The notes beneath the pieces were generated by a model, which searched no databases, was not told the DNA's origin, and saw only the letters and a program-made list of their open reading frames with translations. Below, piece after piece: positions 1 to 8,755 of a stretch of 64,000 nucleotides of DNA (the first letter of the stretch is position 1; every line of letters starts with the position of its first letter). The stretch spans positions 108 through 64,107 of the forward strand of contig JASHPX010000117.1 of the NCBI GenBank assembly GCA_030037905.1. The letters are read 5' to 3'. The DNA comes from Gammaproteobacteria bacterium. GTDB taxonomy: Bacteria; Pseudomonadota; Gammaproteobacteria; Steroidobacterales; Steroidobacteraceae. The position numbers and the translations under genes were made by a program.

Positions 1-595
1 AGACAGCGGCGCCCCCCGCGCGTGAGCTGCTGACGAACACCACCTCCACATTCGCCTCGCCGCAAGCTCTGAGCACCGCGGCATCCTGCGCGAACATGTC
101 GGCGAGCAGCCCCAGGCGCTGCTCGGGCGCCCAGGGCGGCTCGACCGCACGCGCGCCGGGCAGCGTCACGGTCATACCCGCACCGGCGGCGGGCGGACTA
201 TGCTCGGCCGCCGGCGCGCCACGCTCGGCTGCTGGCGGGCTACGCACGCCGTCGATGAAAACCAGGCGCTCGAAGCCGGGCAGGGCGGGCGGCAGCTCGA
301 TCTGCGCGGCAGCCGCGGGTGGTGCTGCGCCGTGGCTCGCGCCGGCGGGTCCCGGGGGTGCGGGCCCGGCGGGCGGTGCGAAGCGCTCGACGCGCTCCAG
401 CGCACGCAGATTCGCGTAACGCCACTGCTCATCGCGCATCTGTGGCCAGCCCAGCTGCGCGAGTCGTTCGGCGGCGCGCCGCCGAACGGCACGCGATGCC
501 ACCTGCTCGGGCAGCTGTGCCGCGACCGCCTCGAAGTCGCGCAGCGCGCGCTCCAGTGCCGTGTCGCGGCTTGCCGCTTTTGCCGGGGCCGTCAT
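1..595 (-). CDS. sufD: SufD Fe-S cluster assembly protein, N-terminal part (gene runs off the left edge)
   Basis: My own minus-strand translation from ATG 595 reads MTAPAKAASRDTALERALRDFEAVAAQLPEQ...LAQLGWPQMRDEQWRYANLRALERVE, a SufD-type N-terminus. It starts 7 nt after the sufC stop, behind a GAGGTGAG RBS. It is absent from the ORF track because no stop codon lies in the window. Confidence 0.75.
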   Translation of the reverse strand, partial: MTAPAKAASRDTALERALRDFEAVAAQLPEQVASRAVRRRAAERLAQLGWPQMRDEQWRYANLRALERVERFAPPAGPAPPGPAGASHGAAPPAAAAQIELPPALPGFERLVFIDGVRSPPAAERGAPAAEHSPPAAGAGMTVTLPGARAVEPPWAPEQRLGLLADMFAQDAAVLRACGEANVEVVFVSSSRAGGAAV

Positions 596-602
596 GCTCA
601 CC

Positions 603-1439
603 TCAGGCCGCCGCCTCGCTGACCCAGTCATAACCGCGGCGCTCGAGCTCCAGCGCGAGTGTGCGATCGCCGCTGAGGGCGATGCGGCCACGTGCGAGCA
701 CGTGCACCTGGTCAGGTACGACGTGATCGAGCAGGCGCTGGTAGTGGGTCACCAGAACGATGGCGCGATCGGGGGCGCGCATCGAGTTCACGCCCTCGGC
801 CACGAGCTTCAGCGCATCGATGTCCAGGCCCGAGTCGGTCTCGTCGAGCAGCGCCAGCTTGGGCTCGAGCACCAGCAGCTGCAGGATCTCGTTGCGCTTC
901 TTCTCTCCGCCGGAGAAGCCTTCATTCACGCCGCGCGACAGGAAGCTCTCGTCGATGTGCATGCGACCCATGCGCTCCTTCACCAGGGCGAGGAACTCGA
1001 ACGCATCCAGCTCGGGCAGCTCGCGCGCGCGGCGCGCGGCGTTGACGGCGGCCTTGAGCAGATAGGCGTTGTTGACGCCCGGGATCTCCACCGGATATTG
1101 GAAGCCGAGGAAGAGGCCGGCGCGCGCGCGCTCCTCGGGCTCGAGGCTGAAGAGGTCATGCCCCTCGAATGTCGCGCTGCCCGAGACGATCTCGTAGCCC
1201 GGGCGGCCTGCGAGCACGTGTGCGAGCGTGCTCTTTCCCGAGCCGTTCGGTCCCATGATGGCGTGCACCTCGCCGGCATGCACGGTCAGTGACACGCCAC
1301 GCAGCACGCGCTGCTCGCCGACCTTGACGTGCAGGTCGCGGATCTGCAGCAACGCGGCGCCGGAGGTGCCCGCGCGCTCGCCTGGGTTTACGGCGGAGGC
1401 GTGGGCGGGGGAGGCGCTCATGCCGCTGCGCTCGCTCAT
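603..1439 (-). CDS. sufC: SufC Fe-S cluster assembly ATPase
   Basis: 278 aa from ATG 1439. Walker A GPNGSGKST, signature FSGGEKKR, Walker B LALLDETDSGLD. The ATG overlaps the sufB stop (ATGA). The 369-aa track ORF is an upstream extension into sufB. Confidence 0.95.
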   Translation of the reverse strand: MSERSGMSASPAHASAVNPGERAGTSGAALLQIRDLHVKVGEQRVLRGVSLTVHAGEVHAIMGPNGSGKSTLAHVLAGRPGYEIVSGSATFEGHDLFSLEPEERARAGLFLGFQYPVEIPGVNNAYLLKAAVNAARRARELPELDAFEFLALVKERMGRMHIDESFLSRGVNEGFSGGEKKRNEILQLLVLEPKLALLDETDSGLDIDALKLVAEGVNSMRAPDRAIVLVTHYQRLLDHVVPDQVHVLARGRIALSGDRTLALELERRGYDWVSEAAA

Positions 1440-3949
1440 GCCACCGCTCCCTCGAGGCTCACGGCAAGCAGGTTCTGGGCCTCGACGGCGAACTCCATCG
1501 GCAGCTCCTTGAAGACTGCGCGGCAAAAGCCGCTGACGATCATGTTGACGGCGTCCTCGGGATCGATGCCACGCTGCAGGCAGTAGAACAGCTGCTCCTC
1601 GCTGATGCGCGAGGTGCTCGCCTCGTGCTCGACGATCGCGGTGGGGTTGCGCGCCTCGACGTACGGGAAGGTGTGTGCCCCGCAGTGTTTGCCCATCAGC
1701 AGCGAGTCGCACTGGGTGAAATTACGCGCCCCGATGGCGCTCGGCATGATCTTGACCAGCCCGCGATAGGTGTTCTGCCCATGGCCGGCGGAGATGCCCT
1801 TGGAGATGATCGTGCTGCGCGTGCCGGCGCCGATGTGGACCATCTTCGTGCCGGTGTCGGCCTGCTGGAAGTTGTTGGTGGTGGCCACCGAGTAGAACTC
1901 GCCGATCGAGCCCTCGCCGCGCAGGATGCAGCTCGGGTACTTCCAGGTAATGGCCGAGCCGGTCTCCACCTGCGTCCAGGAGATGTGCGACTTGCGTCCC
2001 CGGCACTCGCCGCGCTTGGTGACGAAATTGTAGATGCCGCCGCGGCCCTGCTCGTCACCCGGGTACCAGTTCTGCACGGTGGAATATTTGATCTGCGCGT
2101 CGGCGAGCGCCACCAGCTCCACCACCGCGGCATGCAGCTGGTTCTCGTCGCGCATGGGGGCGGTACAGTTGTGTACCGCAAAGCCCTTGACCAGATAAGA
2201 GTGTGGCTCCTCCGCGGTCTCGAAGTTGTAGACGAACCCATCGTACGGCTGACGTTGGACCCCGCGCACCGGCACGAGGAAGTAGTCGCCCCGCCGGATG
2301 GCGCGCCGGCCACGGGTATTTTCGGCATAAAACAACACATACCGCGTACTATGATGAATGACGCGTCCGTCGCGCATCGTTTCATCAAAAGCTTCGCGCA
2401 CATTGATGTATGCGAAGATCCCGCGGCGTGCGAGCATCTCCTGCAGCTGAAAGGCGAGCGTGCGCGAGACGGTCGCGCAGCGCACCCGCGTCAGGCTGCC
2501 GTCCCGGCAGACGCTGCCGTCACCGCGATAGTACGCATCGGTTGCCAGCCGCTGGCGATGTGGCGGTAGATCCATGACCGCCTTGCTGAAGCGCTTGCCG
2601 GGGGCGTATCTGCCGCCGTGCTTCTGCAGGGCGGCCCCGAGACTGCGTGAGTACACGACCAGGTACAGCCCGTGCTTGGCCGCATCGTGGGTTCTCGAGG
2701 GGCGCTTGCCGATGCAGCGTTCGACGAGCATCGTGATCTCGTCGGCCAGCTCCGTCTCGTGGTCCCCCAGGCTCCACTCGACCGCCTCGCATCCGTTGAA
2801 CCGCGTCGTGCAGCCCTCGGCGACGTAGTAGCCGAGCAGCTGCAGGAAGTCGTCGCTCAACGAGGGGTCATCCCGTTCCACCTTGTTGATGGGGAAGACC
2901 AGCAGGTCGCCTGCGGCCAACTCCCCAGCCGGGACGAATTCGGGCTCGGCGCACTGCAGGCGAGCAGGGTTGATGTCGGGCCAGCGATTCGCGCCGCGCG
3001 GTGAGCGGCACACGCGCTTGCGCCGTATCGCCAGAACCGGATGCTCCGCGGTGAGGTGAAAGCGGTTCCCGGGGCTGCGTGGGGTGATCTCGATCATCTC
3101 GCCCTGGTAAGAGCGACGCATGATCTTGTTGACCTCGGCCTCTTCTCCTTGGTGGTTGAGGACAACATCGTGCAGGGCGACGTCGCGTACGCAGCGCATC
3201 TCATCACCGCACGCAACCTCCTCCCAGGCCGGCAGGCACCCCTCGAGATAGCTGACGTACGCCCCCTCGTCCGCGATGATCAGCGTGCGCTCGAACTGGC
3301 CGGTCTTTGCAGCGTTGATCCGAAAATACGTCGACAGCTCCATCGGGCAGCGCACGCCCGGCGGTACGTACACGAACGAGCCGTCGGAGAACACCGCGGA
3401 GTTGAGCGTCGCGTAGAAGTTGTCGGTATATGGCACGACCGAGCCGAGGTAGCGTTCCACGAGCTCGGGATGCTTCTGCACCGCTTCCGAGAACGGGCAG
3501 AAGATCACGCCCGCCGCTGCGAGCCGCTCCTTGAAAGTGGTGGCCACCGAGACGCTGTCGAACACCGCGTCGACCGCGACGCCGGCGAGGCGCGCGCGCT
3601 CGTGCAGCGGCACCCCGAGCCTGTCGTAGGTGGCGAGCAGCTTTGGATCCACTTCCGCGAGGCTCTTGGGCGCGTTCAGGTTCTGGCGCGGCGCCGAGTA
3701 GTAGGAGATCGCCTCATAGTCGATCGGACCGTAGCGCAGCTGCGCCCAGTGCGGCTCGCGCTGCGTGCGCCAGTGCGCCAGGGAGCGCAGCCGCCAGTCG
3801 AGCAGGAACTGCGGCTCGCCCTTCTTGCGCGAGATCAGCCGCACGACGTCCTCGTCCAGCCCAGGCGCCACCGTATCGGCTTCGATATCGGTGACGAAGC
3901 CGTGGCGGTAGCTGCGGCCCACCAGCGCGGCCAGATCCTCCGCGCTCAT
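1436..3949 (-). CDS. sufB: SufB Fe-S cluster scaffold, intein-containing precursor (837 aa)
   Basis: The exteins (237 + 243 aa = 480 aa) read as canonical SufB: ...IIADEGAYVSYLEG / CTAPMRDENQLHAAVVELV...WKYPSCILRG...FYCLQRGI...EFAVEAQ. A 357-aa insert separates them. Confidence 0.95.
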   Translation of the reverse strand: MSAEDLAALVGRSYRHGFVTDIEADTVAPGLDEDVVRLISRKKGEPQFLLDWRLRSLAHWRTQREPHWAQLRYGPIDYEAISYYSAPRQNLNAPKSLAEVDPKLLATYDRLGVPLHERARLAGVAVDAVFDSVSVATTFKERLAAAGVIFCPFSEAVQKHPELVERYLGSVVPYTDNFYATLNSAVFSDGSFVYVPPGVRCPMELSTYFRINAAKTGQFERTLIIADEGAYVSYLEGCLPAWEEVACGDEMRCVRDVALHDVVLNHQGEEAEVNKIMRRSYQGEMIEITPRSPGNRFHLTAEHPVLAIRRKRVCRSPRGANRWPDINPARLQCAEPEFVPAGELAAGDLLVFPINKVERDDPSLSDDFLQLLGYYVAEGCTTRFNGCEAVEWSLGDHETELADEITMLVERCIGKRPSRTHDAAKHGLYLVVYSRSLGAALQKHGGRYAPGKRFSKAVMDLPPHRQRLATDAYYRGDGSVCRDGSLTRVRCATVSRTLAFQLQEMLARRGIFAYINVREAFDETMRDGRVIHHSTRYVLFYAENTRGRRAIRRGDYFLVPVRGVQRQPYDGFVYNFETAEEPHSYLVKGFAVHNCTAPMRDENQLHAAVVELVALADAQIKYSTVQNWYPGDEQGRGGIYNFVTKRGECRGRKSHISWTQVETGSAITWKYPSCILRGEGSIGEFYSVATTNNFQQADTGTKMVHIGAGTRSTIISKGISAGHGQNTYRGLVKIMPSAIGARNFTQCDSLLMGKHCGAHTFPYVEARNPTAIVEHEASTSRISEEQLFYCLQRGIDPEDAVNMIVSGFCRAVFKELPMEFAVEAQNLLAVSLEGAVA
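2168..3238 (-). mobile_element. Class-1 intein with LAGLIDADG homing-endonuclease domain inside SufB
   Basis: The insert begins with Cys (TGC at 3238-3236; CLPAWEEV = block A). Block B is TAEHPVL. Two LAGLIDADG-like motifs are present: LLGYYVAEG and DAYYRGDGS. It ends ...GFAVHN (CAC AAC at 2173-2168), followed by a +1 Cys (TGT 2167-2165) of the conserved SufB CTAP motif. Confidence 0.85.
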
Positions 3950-4443
3950 AGCGGCTCTCGCTTGGGGCTACGGATCGAGATGCCGGCCAGCGCCACGGGA
4001 AAGCCGCGGTCGAGCGGCGAGGGCGCCCCGGCGCTCGTGCCTCCGAGGCCGGCCAGCTCCAGCAGGGTGATCTCCTGCAGCGAGCGACGGATCGCCTGGG
4101 TCACGCGCTGCCAGGCGCGCCCCACGAGGCAGGTGGATTCGATGCAGCATTGGCTGGCGCGGCCGGAGCACTCGGTGAGAGCGACGGGGCCCTCCAGGGC
4201 GTCGATGATGTCCGCGGCGGTGATCTGGGCGGCCGGGCGCGCCAACAGGTAGCCACCGTGCAGCCCACGGGTCGACTGCACCAGCCCGCGCCGATGCAAC
4301 TGCTTGAGCAGCTTGGAGACCGTCGGTGCGGCCAGGCCGGTCTGCGCTGCGATCCGGGCCGCTGTTGCGCGCTGCACCGGGTGGCGGGCCAGTTGGGCGA
4401 GGATCAGGGTCGCATAGTCGGTCAATTTGCTGATTCGCAGCAT
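3946..4443 (-). CDS. Rrf2-family (IscR/SufR-like) transcriptional regulator heading the suf operon
   Basis: 165 aa. N-terminal wHTH MLRISKLTDYATLILAQLARHP...VSKLLKQLHRRGLV. Cys cluster CSGRASQCCIESTC. Its stop overlaps the sufB start by 4 nt. Confidence 0.85.
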   Translation of the reverse strand: MLRISKLTDYATLILAQLARHPVQRATAARIAAQTGLAAPTVSKLLKQLHRRGLVQSTRGLHGGYLLARPAAQITAADIIDALEGPVALTECSGRASQCCIESTCLVGRAWQRVTQAIRRSLQEITLLELAGLGGTSAGAPSPLDRGFPVALAGISIRSPKREPL

Positions 4444-4455
4444 ACGGCGGTCCTC

Positions 4456-4483
4456 AAAGTAGGACTAGTTTAGTTCCATATAG
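4456..4483. promoter_or_regulatory. Putative Rrf2/IscR-type operator upstream of the suf regulator
   Basis: An AT-rich island, AAAGTAGGACTAGTTTAGTTCCATATAG, in otherwise GC-rich DNA. GACT-N5-AGTT half-sites resemble the IscR type-1 consensus (ATASYYGACTRWWWYAGTCRRSTAT). It lies 13-40 nt upstream of the regulator ATG. Confidence 0.35.
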
Positions 4484-4582
4484 TCGCCAAGAAAAGACGC
4501 CCGGGGCGCACGAGGTCTGCGGGTGGCCTGGCTTTGCTATCCTTCGCGGCTTTCCCGCTCCACTGTCGGAGGACCCAGGCCC

Positions 4583-5605
4583 ATGAATTGCAGCGATCTC
4601 GAAGCAGTCGCCGCCGCCATGGTGGCGAAGGACAAGGGACTCCTCGCCGCTGACGAGAGCACTGGCACCATCAAGAAGCGTTTCGACAAGATCCAGCTCG
4701 AGTCGACGGAGGAGCAGCGGCGGACCTACCGGGAGTTGCTGTTCACGACCGCGGGCATCTCCCAATGGATCAGCGGTGTGATCCTGTTCGATGAGACCAT
4801 CCGCCAGAAGACGCGCGATGGAGTGCCTTTTCCGCAGTACCTCGGCAAGCTCGGGATCATCCCTGGCATCAAGGTCGACGCGGGGGCCAAGCCCCTGGCC
4901 CTATTTCCCGGCGAAACCATCACCGAGGGACTCGACGGCTTGCGCGAGCGGCTGATCGAGTACTACCGGCTCGGCGCGCGCTTTGCCAAGTGGCGCGCGG
5001 TCATCGATATCGGCGAGGGCATTCCGACGAGCTACGCCATCGAGGCGAACGCGCACGCCCTGGCGCGCTATGCGGCGCTCTGCCAGGAACAGAACATCGT
5101 GCCGATCGTGGAGCCGGAAGTGCTGATGGATGGAGCGCATACGCTCCCGCGATGCGAGCAGGTGACCGACGCGGTGCTCGGCGCGGTATTCACGCACCTG
5201 GCCGAGCAGCGCGTGTACCTCGAGGGCATGATCCTCAAGCCGAACATGGTCATCTCCGGCAAGAAATGTCCCACGCGCGCGGCGCCCGAGCAGGTCGCGG
5301 CCGCCACGCTACGCTGCCTGAAGCGCCATGTGCCTGCTGCGGTTCCGGGCATCGCCTTTCTGTCGGGGGGGCAGACCCCGGCCGAGGCTACCGAGCACCT
5401 CTCACTCATGAATCGCAGCAAGGGACTGCCCTGGCAGCTATCCTTCAGCTACGGCCGCGCTTTGCAGGACGCGGCGCTCGCGGCCTGGGGCGGCAAGGCC
5501 GCTAATTTCGCGGCGGGTCAGAAGGAGTTTCATAAGTGGGCACGTCTCAACGGGCTGGCGCGCAGCGGCGCCTTCCAGCCCGGCATGGAACAGCAGGCTG
5601 CCTGA
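4583..5605 (+). CDS. Fructose-bisphosphate aldolase, class I
   Basis: 340 aa from ATG 4583, with GGAGGA 9 nt upstream. Motifs LLAADESTGTIKKRF, the Schiff-base lysine context ILKPNMV, and FLSGGQ. Confidence 0.9.
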   Translation: MNCSDLEAVAAAMVAKDKGLLAADESTGTIKKRFDKIQLESTEEQRRTYRELLFTTAGISQWISGVILFDETIRQKTRDGVPFPQYLGKLGIIPGIKVDAGAKPLALFPGETITEGLDGLRERLIEYYRLGARFAKWRAVIDIGEGIPTSYAIEANAHALARYAALCQEQNIVPIVEPEVLMDGAHTLPRCEQVTDAVLGAVFTHLAEQRVYLEGMILKPNMVISGKKCPTRAAPEQVAAATLRCLKRHVPAAVPGIAFLSGGQTPAEATEHLSLMNRSKGLPWQLSFSYGRALQDAALAAWGGKAANFAAGQKEFHKWARLNGLARSGAFQPGMEQQAA

Positions 5606-5642
5606 GCAGCGGCCGCGCCGCACGGCCGGGCCGCCGCGAGGC

Positions 5643-6518
5643 ATGATCAGGCCCGATGCGCGTGCGTCTGCCACGGCCGGGCAAGCTGTAGCGGCGGACT
5701 CGACCGGCCCGCCACCGCAGCTGGTGGTGGACGTGCAGGATCTGCACTACGAGATCGCCGGGCGCAGCATCTTCCGCGGGCTGAACCTGCGCGTGCGGCG
5801 CGGGACCATCACCGCGGTGATGGGCCCGAGCGGCACCGGCAAGACCACGCTGCTGCGTCTCATCATGGGCGAGCACGCGCCGAGCAGCGGTCGCGTGCGC
5901 GTATTCGGCGAGGACGTCGCGACCCTCGGGCGCGAACGGCTGTACGCGCTGCGCCGGCGTGTGGGGCTGCTGTTCCAGAACGGGGCGCTGCTGACCGACC
6001 TGTCGGTATTCGAGAATGTCGCTTTCCCGGTGCGCGAGCACGCGAAGCTCCCCGAGCCGGTGCTGCGCGAGCTGGTGCTGATGAAGCTGCAGGCCGTGGG
6101 GCTGCGCGGCGCAGCCGAGCTCGCGCCCGCGGAGCTTTCAGGCGGCATGGCGCGCCGCGTGGCGCTGGCGCGCGCCATCGTCATGGATCCGGAGATGCTG
6201 GTCTATGACGAGCCGTTCGTCGGCCTCGATCCCATCTCCATGGGCGTGATCGGCCGCCTGATCGAGTCGCTCAACCGAACGCTCGGGATTACCAGCATCG
6301 TGGTATCGCATGACGTGCACGAGATCGGCGCCATTGCCGACTACAGCTACCTGCTGTCGGGCGGCACGGTCGTTGCCGAGGGCGAGCCGGCGCAGCTGGC
6401 GACCGAAAGCCGCGAGGTCGTGCGCCAGTTCATGAGCGGTACCCCCGACGGACCGGTGCCATTTCACTATCCGGCACCGGATTATTTCCAGCAGCTGTTG
6501 GAGCGGCCGCGGCGGTGA
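5643..6518 (+). CDS. mlaF: MlaF, phospholipid ABC transporter ATPase
   Basis: Walker A GPSGTGKTT, signature LSGGMARRVALARA, Walker B MLVYDEPFVGLDP. First gene of the mlaFEDCB order. Confidence 0.9.
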   Translation: MIRPDARASATAGQAVAADSTGPPPQLVVDVQDLHYEIAGRSIFRGLNLRVRRGTITAVMGPSGTGKTTLLRLIMGEHAPSSGRVRVFGEDVATLGRERLYALRRRVGLLFQNGALLTDLSVFENVAFPVREHAKLPEPVLRELVLMKLQAVGLRGAAELAPAELSGGMARRVALARAIVMDPEMLVYDEPFVGLDPISMGVIGRLIESLNRTLGITSIVVSHDVHEIGAIADYSYLLSGGTVVAEGEPAQLATESREVVRQFMSGTPDGPVPFHYPAPDYFQQLLERPRR

Positions 6519-7285
6519 CGGCTCGGACGGCACGGCGCACCTTTCGGCTGATGGAGGGAGTACACAAGCTCGGCGCCGTCAGCTTGTTCCTGCTGCGAGT
6601 GCTCGGCCAGTGCGTCCTGGCATTCGGCCGTCCGCGCGCTGTGGCGCGCCAGATCTACAACAGCGGCGCGCGCTCGCTGGTCATCATCATGCTCAGCGCG
6701 CTGTTCCTCGGCATGGTGCTCGGGCTGCAGCTATTCGATCTGTTGCAGCGCTTCGGTTCGACCTCGGCGCTCGGGGAGGCCAGTGCGCTCGCGCTGCTCA
6801 AGGAGCTCGGGCCGGTCATCACCGCGCTGCTGTTCGCCGGCCGCGCCGGCACGGCACTCGCCTCCGAGATCGGACTGATGGGCGCGACAGATCAGCTGGC
6901 GGCCATGGACATGATGGCGGTGGATCCGGTGCGGCATGTGGTGGCACCGCGCTTCCTCGGCGGTCTCATCGCCATGCCGCTGCTGGTAGCGATCTTCGAC
7001 TGCATCGGCATCTATGGCACGCAGCTGATCGGCGTTCACATGATGGGCGCCGAGTCGGGCACGTTCTGGTCGCAGATGCAGGGCGCCGTCGGCCTGCACG
7101 ACGTCTACGAGGGCATCGTCAAGAGCCTGGTATTCGGTGCGCTGTGCAGCCTGATCGCCGTCTATGAGGGTTACCACGCCGAGCCCACTGCCGAGGGAGT
7201 GGGACTGGCCACGACACGCACCGTGGTGAATTCCGCGGTGCTGATCCTGCTGTTCGACTATGTGTTGACAGCGGTGTTTTTGTAA
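6515..7285 (+). CDS. mlaE: MlaE, ABC transporter permease
   Basis: 256 aa, multi-pass. LKELGPVITALLFAGRAGTALASEIGLM is typical of MlaE. GTG 6515 overlaps the mlaF stop (GTGA). Confidence 0.9.
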   Translation: MTARTARRTFRLMEGVHKLGAVSLFLLRVLGQCVLAFGRPRAVARQIYNSGARSLVIIMLSALFLGMVLGLQLFDLLQRFGSTSALGEASALALLKELGPVITALLFAGRAGTALASEIGLMGATDQLAAMDMMAVDPVRHVVAPRFLGGLIAMPLLVAIFDCIGIYGTQLIGVHMMGAESGTFWSQMQGAVGLHDVYEGIVKSLVFGALCSLIAVYEGYHAEPTAEGVGLATTRTVVNSAVLILLFDYVLTAVFL

Positions 7286-7308
7286 GCGTAACGCAGAGGT
7301 AGGGTGCC

Positions 7309-7962
7309 ATGGCGCAAGCCAAATACACGATGGAGGCGGGTACCGGACTGTTCGTGCTGCTGGGTTTCGCGGCACTGGTGTTCCTGACTACGCAATTGCC
7401 GGGCAGCGGCCTACAACTGGGCGGGGGCGTGCCCAGCTACACTGTAAACGCCGAATTCGATGACATCGGCGGGCTGAAGGTGGGTGCTCCGGTGACCATG
7501 GCAGGAGTGCGTATCGGACAGGTCGACGCCATCGGCATCGACCCCTCCGACTATCGTGCGCGAGTGGTCCTGGGCATCGAGCGCTCCTACTCGCAGATCC
7601 CCGATGACAGCAACGCAGCCATCCAGACATCGGGCCTGCTGGGCGCCAACTACGTCGCGATTACCGCGGGCGCGTCCGAGCAGTATCTGCACATGGGTAG
7701 CCAGATTGCCTTCACCCAGTCTGCGCTGGTGCTCGAGAACATCGTCAACAAGCTGTTCGCGAACTCCGCCAGCAGCAGCGGTGGCAACAGTGGCGGCAGT
7801 GGCAACGGTAGCAGCGGTAGTGGCAGCGGCGGCAACACCGGCAGCGGCAATGGCAATGGCAATGGCAACGGTGGCGGCGCCAACGGTGGCAGCCGCGGGG
7901 GAAGCGGCGGCGGCCCCGGTGGCGCGCCCGGCCATGGCGGCGGCCCAGGTCCCAGCCACTAG
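7309..7962 (+). CDS. mlaD: MlaD, MCE-domain protein with a Gly/Ser/Asn-rich C-terminal tail
   Basis: N-terminal TM (GTGLFVLLGFAALVFL). MCE core YTVNAEFDDIGGLKVGAPVTMAGVRIGQVD. The last ~63 aa are low complexity (SSSGGNSGGSGNG...GNGNGNGNGGG...GPGPSH). Confidence 0.85.
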   Translation: MAQAKYTMEAGTGLFVLLGFAALVFLTTQLPGSGLQLGGGVPSYTVNAEFDDIGGLKVGAPVTMAGVRIGQVDAIGIDPSDYRARVVLGIERSYSQIPDDSNAAIQTSGLLGANYVAITAGASEQYLHMGSQIAFTQSALVLENIVNKLFANSASSSGGNSGGSGNGSSGSGSGGNTGSGNGNGNGNGGGANGGSRGGSGGGPGGAPGHGGGPGPSH

Positions 7963-7999
7963 CGCGCGGCCCATTGAACGCAGGACGAGCGAGGCGACT

Positions 8000-8755
8000 A
8001 TGCGACTTACCTATCTCCCCAGCGCGGCGGCACCGTCCGCCGCTTCAGTCCTCCTGGCGGTCTTCGCGGCCCTGGCGGCCCTGGTGGGCCGCCCCGCCCT
8101 GGCAGCCCCTCTCTCAGGTGCGGCCATTGGCACTGGCGCGCATACGCAGGGTGCGGTGGTCCCGGCCGGCCCCGGCGGGGGCGAGGTCGATGCGAGTAGC
8201 CCCTATCAGTTGGTCAAGACCGCCTCGACCAGCATGCTGCAGGAGCTGGATGCACATCGCGCCGAATATCGGCAGGACCCGGCCAAGCTGCGCGCGCTGG
8301 TCGATCAGACGCTATTGCCGCACTTCGACAGCGAGTTCGCCGCTCGCCTGGTGCTCGGGCGCTATTGGCGTACGGCAACTGCCGATCAGCGCCAGCGCTT
8401 CATCACTGCCTTCTACAACTCGCTGCTCAACAACTACGGCAGTGCGCTGCTGGACTACACTGCCAGCAGCATGCAGGTGCTGCCGTATCGCGGGCAGCCC
8501 AACAGTCCATACGCCACCGTGGATACGCGGGTGCGCAAGAGCGACGGCTCGATCGTAGCCGTCAATTACAGCCTGCACGAAACCCCCCAGGGCTGGAAGG
8601 TGTGGGACGTCGCGGTCGAGGGCATCAGCTACGACAAGAGCTTCCAGGAGGACTTCAGCGAACAGATCCAACGCGAGGGCCTCGATTCGGTGATCTCGCG
8701 GCTCGAGCACGGCGAGACTCCCGCCGCGATCAAGCGCACCACGTCGGGCACCTGA
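8000..8755 (+). CDS. mlaC: MlaC/Ttg2D-family periplasmic lipid-binding protein
   Basis: 251 aa from ATG 8000, in frame with the 7556 track ORF. Signal peptide MRLTYLPSAAAPSAASVLLAVFAALAALVG. Motif FDSEFAARLVLGRYWRTATADQRQRF. The longer ORF would overlap mlaD. Confidence 0.85.
   Translation: MRLTYLPSAAAPSAASVLLAVFAALAALVGRPALAAPLSGAAIGTGAHTQGAVVPAGPGGGEVDASSPYQLVKTASTSMLQELDAHRAEYRQDPAKLRALVDQTLLPHFDSEFAARLVLGRYWRTATADQRQRFITAFYNSLLNNYGSALLDYTASSMQVLPYRGQPNSPYATVDTRVRKSDGSIVAVNYSLHETPQGWKVWDVAVEGISYDKSFQEDFSEQIQREGLDSVISRLEHGETPAAIKRTTSGT

Noticed and set aside
96-1292. Plus-strand ORFs 96-419, 200-622, 319-633 and 561-1292 at the left edge.
   Set aside because: They overlap the minus-strand sufD and sufC reading frames, which have strong motif support. 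Their composition is low-complexity Arg/Ala.
7556-8755. N-terminally extended versions of real genes in the track: mlaC 399 aa, dxs 763 aa, sufC 369 aa, encapsulin 439 aa, fdh 454 aa, hpnH 517 aa, hpnA 382 aa, phoH-like 524 aa.
   Set aside because: The extensions overlap the preceding genes and lack homology-like sequence. Internal starts with an RBS or stop-start overlaps give family-typical N-termini.
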